Part shown: piece after piece, positions 61,996-64,000 of the stretch
Numbering within the stretch: the stretch's first letter is position 1
Layout: each line of letters starts with the position of its first letter
From: Bacteroidales bacterium
Lineage (GTDB): Bacteria > Bacteroidota > Bacteroidia > Bacteroidales > WCHB1-69
Assembly (NCBI GenBank): GCA_017506175.1
Contig: JAFVNW010000043.1
Span: 19,012 to 83,011 of the forward strand
Reading direction: 5' to 3'
Length of the DNA stretch: 64,000 bases
Notes under the pieces: model-generated
Databases searched by the model: none
The model's input: the letters and a program-made list of their open reading frames with translations, nothing else
Told to the model about the DNA's origin: nothing
Position numbers and translations under genes: made by a program

Positions 61996-62667
61996 TTATG
62001 AGTGGTCGGCATCGACAATCACCACGATTTCACCTTTGATTTCTTTTGAGGAAAAGTGTGCGATTGCCTCGGTGATTGTTCCCCGGAAGTTCTCCTCGTG
62101 AATCTTGGTCAGTTCGCGTGCGATGGAAATCCTCCGATTTTCTCCGAAAATGAGTTGCATCATCTCCAATGTTTTCAGAAGTCTGTATGGAGATTCATAG
62201 AAGATGGAGGTTTCCTGTGCTGCGGCCATCGTTTTCAGGCAGGTTTCCTTTCCTTTTTTATGGGGGATGAAGCCGTAGAATTTGAAAGAGTCGGCGGGCA
62301 GGCCGGAATTGACGAGTGCAGGGATGAGAGCGGTGGCGCCAGGCAGGCATTCCACATCGATACCTACGCGAATGCACTCGCGCACCAGCAGGTAGCCTGG
62401 ATCAGAGATGCAGGGCGTGCCGGCATCGGAGGTCAGCGACACCTGTTCGGCCTGTTGGATTTGGCGGATGATGTTTTGCAGTTGCTGATGCTCGTTATGG
62501 ATGTGGTAGGCATAGCACGGCTTGTCAATTCCGAAGAGGCGGAGCAAATTCTTGGTAGTGCGCGTGTCCTCGCAAAGTATGAAATCGGCTTCTTTCAGGG
62601 TACGGAGTGCGCGGAGTGTGATGTCTTCTAAGTTTCCAATAGGGGTGGGGACAACCGACAGTTTCAT
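61996..62667 (-). CDS. rsmI: 16S rRNA (cytidine1402-2'-O)-methyltransferase
   Basis: Blocks VVPTPIGNLEDITLRALRTLKEADFILCEDTR and ...SDAGTPCISDPG. Confidence 0.9.
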   Translation of the reverse strand: MKLSVVPTPIGNLEDITLRALRTLKEADFILCEDTRTTKNLLRLFGIDKPCYAYHIHNEHQQLQNIIRQIQQAEQVSLTSDAGTPCISDPGYLLVRECIRVGIDVECLPGATALIPALVNSGLPADSFKFYGFIPHKKGKETCLKTMAAAQETSIFYESPYRLLKTLEMMQLIFGENRRISIARELTKIHEENFRGTITEAIAHFSSKEIKGEIVVIVDADHS

Positions 62668-62673
62668 TGCAGG

Positions 62674-63540
62674 TTACAGATAGATTCTGAGTTTGTTTTG
62701 ATTGTTGGAGGTGCGGAGGCGTTTGATGGCGCGTTCCTTGATTTGGCGGACTCTCTCTCGTGAAAGTTTGCATTGTGCGCTGATTTCGTCCAGTGAGAAT
62801 TCGTGCTTTTGGCCAACGCCATAGTAAAGCCTCAATACCTCGCGCTCTTTTTCGGGAAGGGTGCCCAGAACGAGGTCGAGGTCGGTGGAGAGAGATTCGC
62901 GCATTACCTTGCGGTCGGTGGCCTCGCCGTTGTCATAGTCGATGATGTCGATCACCTTGGTGTCTTCATTCTGAGTGGAGACAGGTGCGTCGATGGATTG
63001 GGTGCGGTTGGAAATGCGCAGCAGTTCAGTCACTTTGTATTCGGGCAGGTCCATCGCGTCTGCGATTTCGGCGACGGTTGGCGGGCGTTGGAACTGCTGT
63101 TCAAGGCGGCCGATCTCTTTCTTCAGCTTGCTGATGACGCCGACTTGGTTGAGCGGCAGACGCACTACGCGCGACTGCTCGGCGATTGCGGTAAGAATGG
63201 CTTGGCGAATCCACCACACGGCGTAGGAGATGAATTTGAAGCCGCGGGTCTCGTCGAATCGTTCGGCGGCTCGTACCAGTCCCACATTCCCCTCATTGAT
63301 CAGATCTTCCAGGCCAATTCCTTGGTTCTGATATTTTTTTGCGATGGAAACAACGAATCGCAAGTTTGCGGTGGTGAGTTTTTCAAGTGCTTCGCGGTCG
63401 CCTTCTTTAATGCGACGGGCTAGTTCCACCTCCTCTTCGGCGGTGATTAGGGGCTCTTTCGCAATATCGGCCAGGTAGCGTTCGAGTGAAGCAGAGTCAC
63501 GGTTAGTAATTGAGTTCGAAATTCTAATTTGACGCATCAT
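62674..63540 (-). CDS. rpoD: Primary RNA polymerase sigma factor (Bacteroidota sigma-A type, 288 aa)
   Basis: Region 2 LRFVVSIAKKYQNQGIGLEDLINEGNVGLVRAAERFD...FISYAVWWIRQAI. Region 4 LSRERVRQIKERAIKRLR. No region 1.1, as expected for Bacteroidota. Confidence 0.9.
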   Translation of the reverse strand: MMRQIRISNSITNRDSASLERYLADIAKEPLITAEEEVELARRIKEGDREALEKLTTANLRFVVSIAKKYQNQGIGLEDLINEGNVGLVRAAERFDETRGFKFISYAVWWIRQAILTAIAEQSRVVRLPLNQVGVISKLKKEIGRLEQQFQRPPTVAEIADAMDLPEYKVTELLRISNRTQSIDAPVSTQNEDTKVIDIIDYDNGEATDRKVMRESLSTDLDLVLGTLPEKEREVLRLYYGVGQKHEFSLDEISAQCKLSRERVRQIKERAIKRLRTSNNQNKLRIYL

Positions 63541-63582
63541 AACGGGTAAATTTTATCTATAATATAATATATTGTTTGTTTC

Positions 63583-64000
63583 TTACTTAAGAGTGACGTT
63601 GACTTTTTTGACGGTTCCATTCCGGAGAATGGTGATTGTAACGTTGTCTTTCGGGGAATGTTGTGTGATGACCTCGCGAAGTTCGGAGACGGAATTGATT
63701 TCGCGCTCGTCGATGGCGAGGATGATGTCGTCCACTGCGATGCCGGCCTGGTCAGCAGCACCGTCAGCTTCTACTTTCGCCACGAGCAGCCCCTCGACCT
63801 TGTCCAGACCGAGTTCCCGTGACTTTTCGTAGTCGATTTCGATCACGTTGACGCCGAGGGTGGCGCGTTGGACCTTGCCGTAGTTTTTCAGGTCGCCGAC
63901 AACTTTGCGGGCGATGTTGGACGGGATGGCGAAGGAGTATCCTGTGTAATAGCCGTTCCCAGAAGCGATGGCGGAGTTGATTCCCACGAGTTCACCCTTG
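63583..64000 (-). CDS. HtrA/DegP-family serine protease, C-terminal part with a PDZ domain. The 5' end lies beyond the window.
   Basis: GINSAI....G...GYSFAIP precedes a PDZ block GLLVAKVEADGAADQAGI..DDIILAID. The frame is open to the window edge. Confidence 0.8.
   Translation of the reverse strand, partial: KGELVGINSAIASGNGYYTGYSFAIPSNIARKVVGDLKNYGKVQRATLGVNVIEIDYEKSRELGLDKVEGLLVAKVEADGAADQAGIAVDDIILAIDEREINSVSELREVITQHSPKDNVTITILRNGTVKKVNVTLK

Noticed and set aside
1-64000. Search for CRISPR arrays, cas genes, restriction-modification, known defence systems, transposases, integrases and phage genes
   Set aside because: None were recognised in any frame. The only methyltransferases here (THUMP/RlmL-like, RsmI) are RNA-modifying housekeeping types with no nuclease partners.

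Overview
This 64 kb window looks like a chromosomal segment of a Bacteroidota (Bacteroidales-like) genome. Three things support that. Five proteins end in T9SS C-terminal sorting domains. At least 16 genes carry a TAnnTTTG -7 promoter box 17-80 nt upstream, with no Shine-Dalgarno sequences. There is also a ~288-aa primary sigma factor and a Bat aerotolerance cluster. I call about 53 CDS, one tRNA (CAU anticodon) and one RNase P RNA that the ORF track misreads as a protein. Most of the content is housekeeping: typA, folB, rnhB, tadA, secG, lptE, aroE, rsmI, rpoD, mtnN and an htrA-like gene. Interleaved with these are cell-surface and secretion genes: a partial M6 metalloprotease, a 1718-aa gingipain-like C25 protease, a PNGase F homologue, a GH20 hexosaminidase and a type-B-CTD protein. 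I found no CRISPR array, transposase, integrase, prophage or recognisable defence system. I also cannot point to one clear-cut novel system. The most unusual items are listed here:
- a tightly packed TPR / C25 protease / orphan TolC / TlpA-like / DUF456 operon
- a PASTA-led cluster of three T9SS cargo genes that includes the PNGase F homologue
- a translationally coupled unknown 494-aa protein plus a secreted LRR protein
- an AT-rich DUF4160/DUF2442 two-gene insert
- an AMP-ligase/ACP/PlsC tri-domain enzyme
- a rearranged Bat cluster, with a BatB-BatC fusion that has a QG-rich tail, and a duplicated BatD with one truncated copy

All family calls come from motif recognition by eye. No database search was run.
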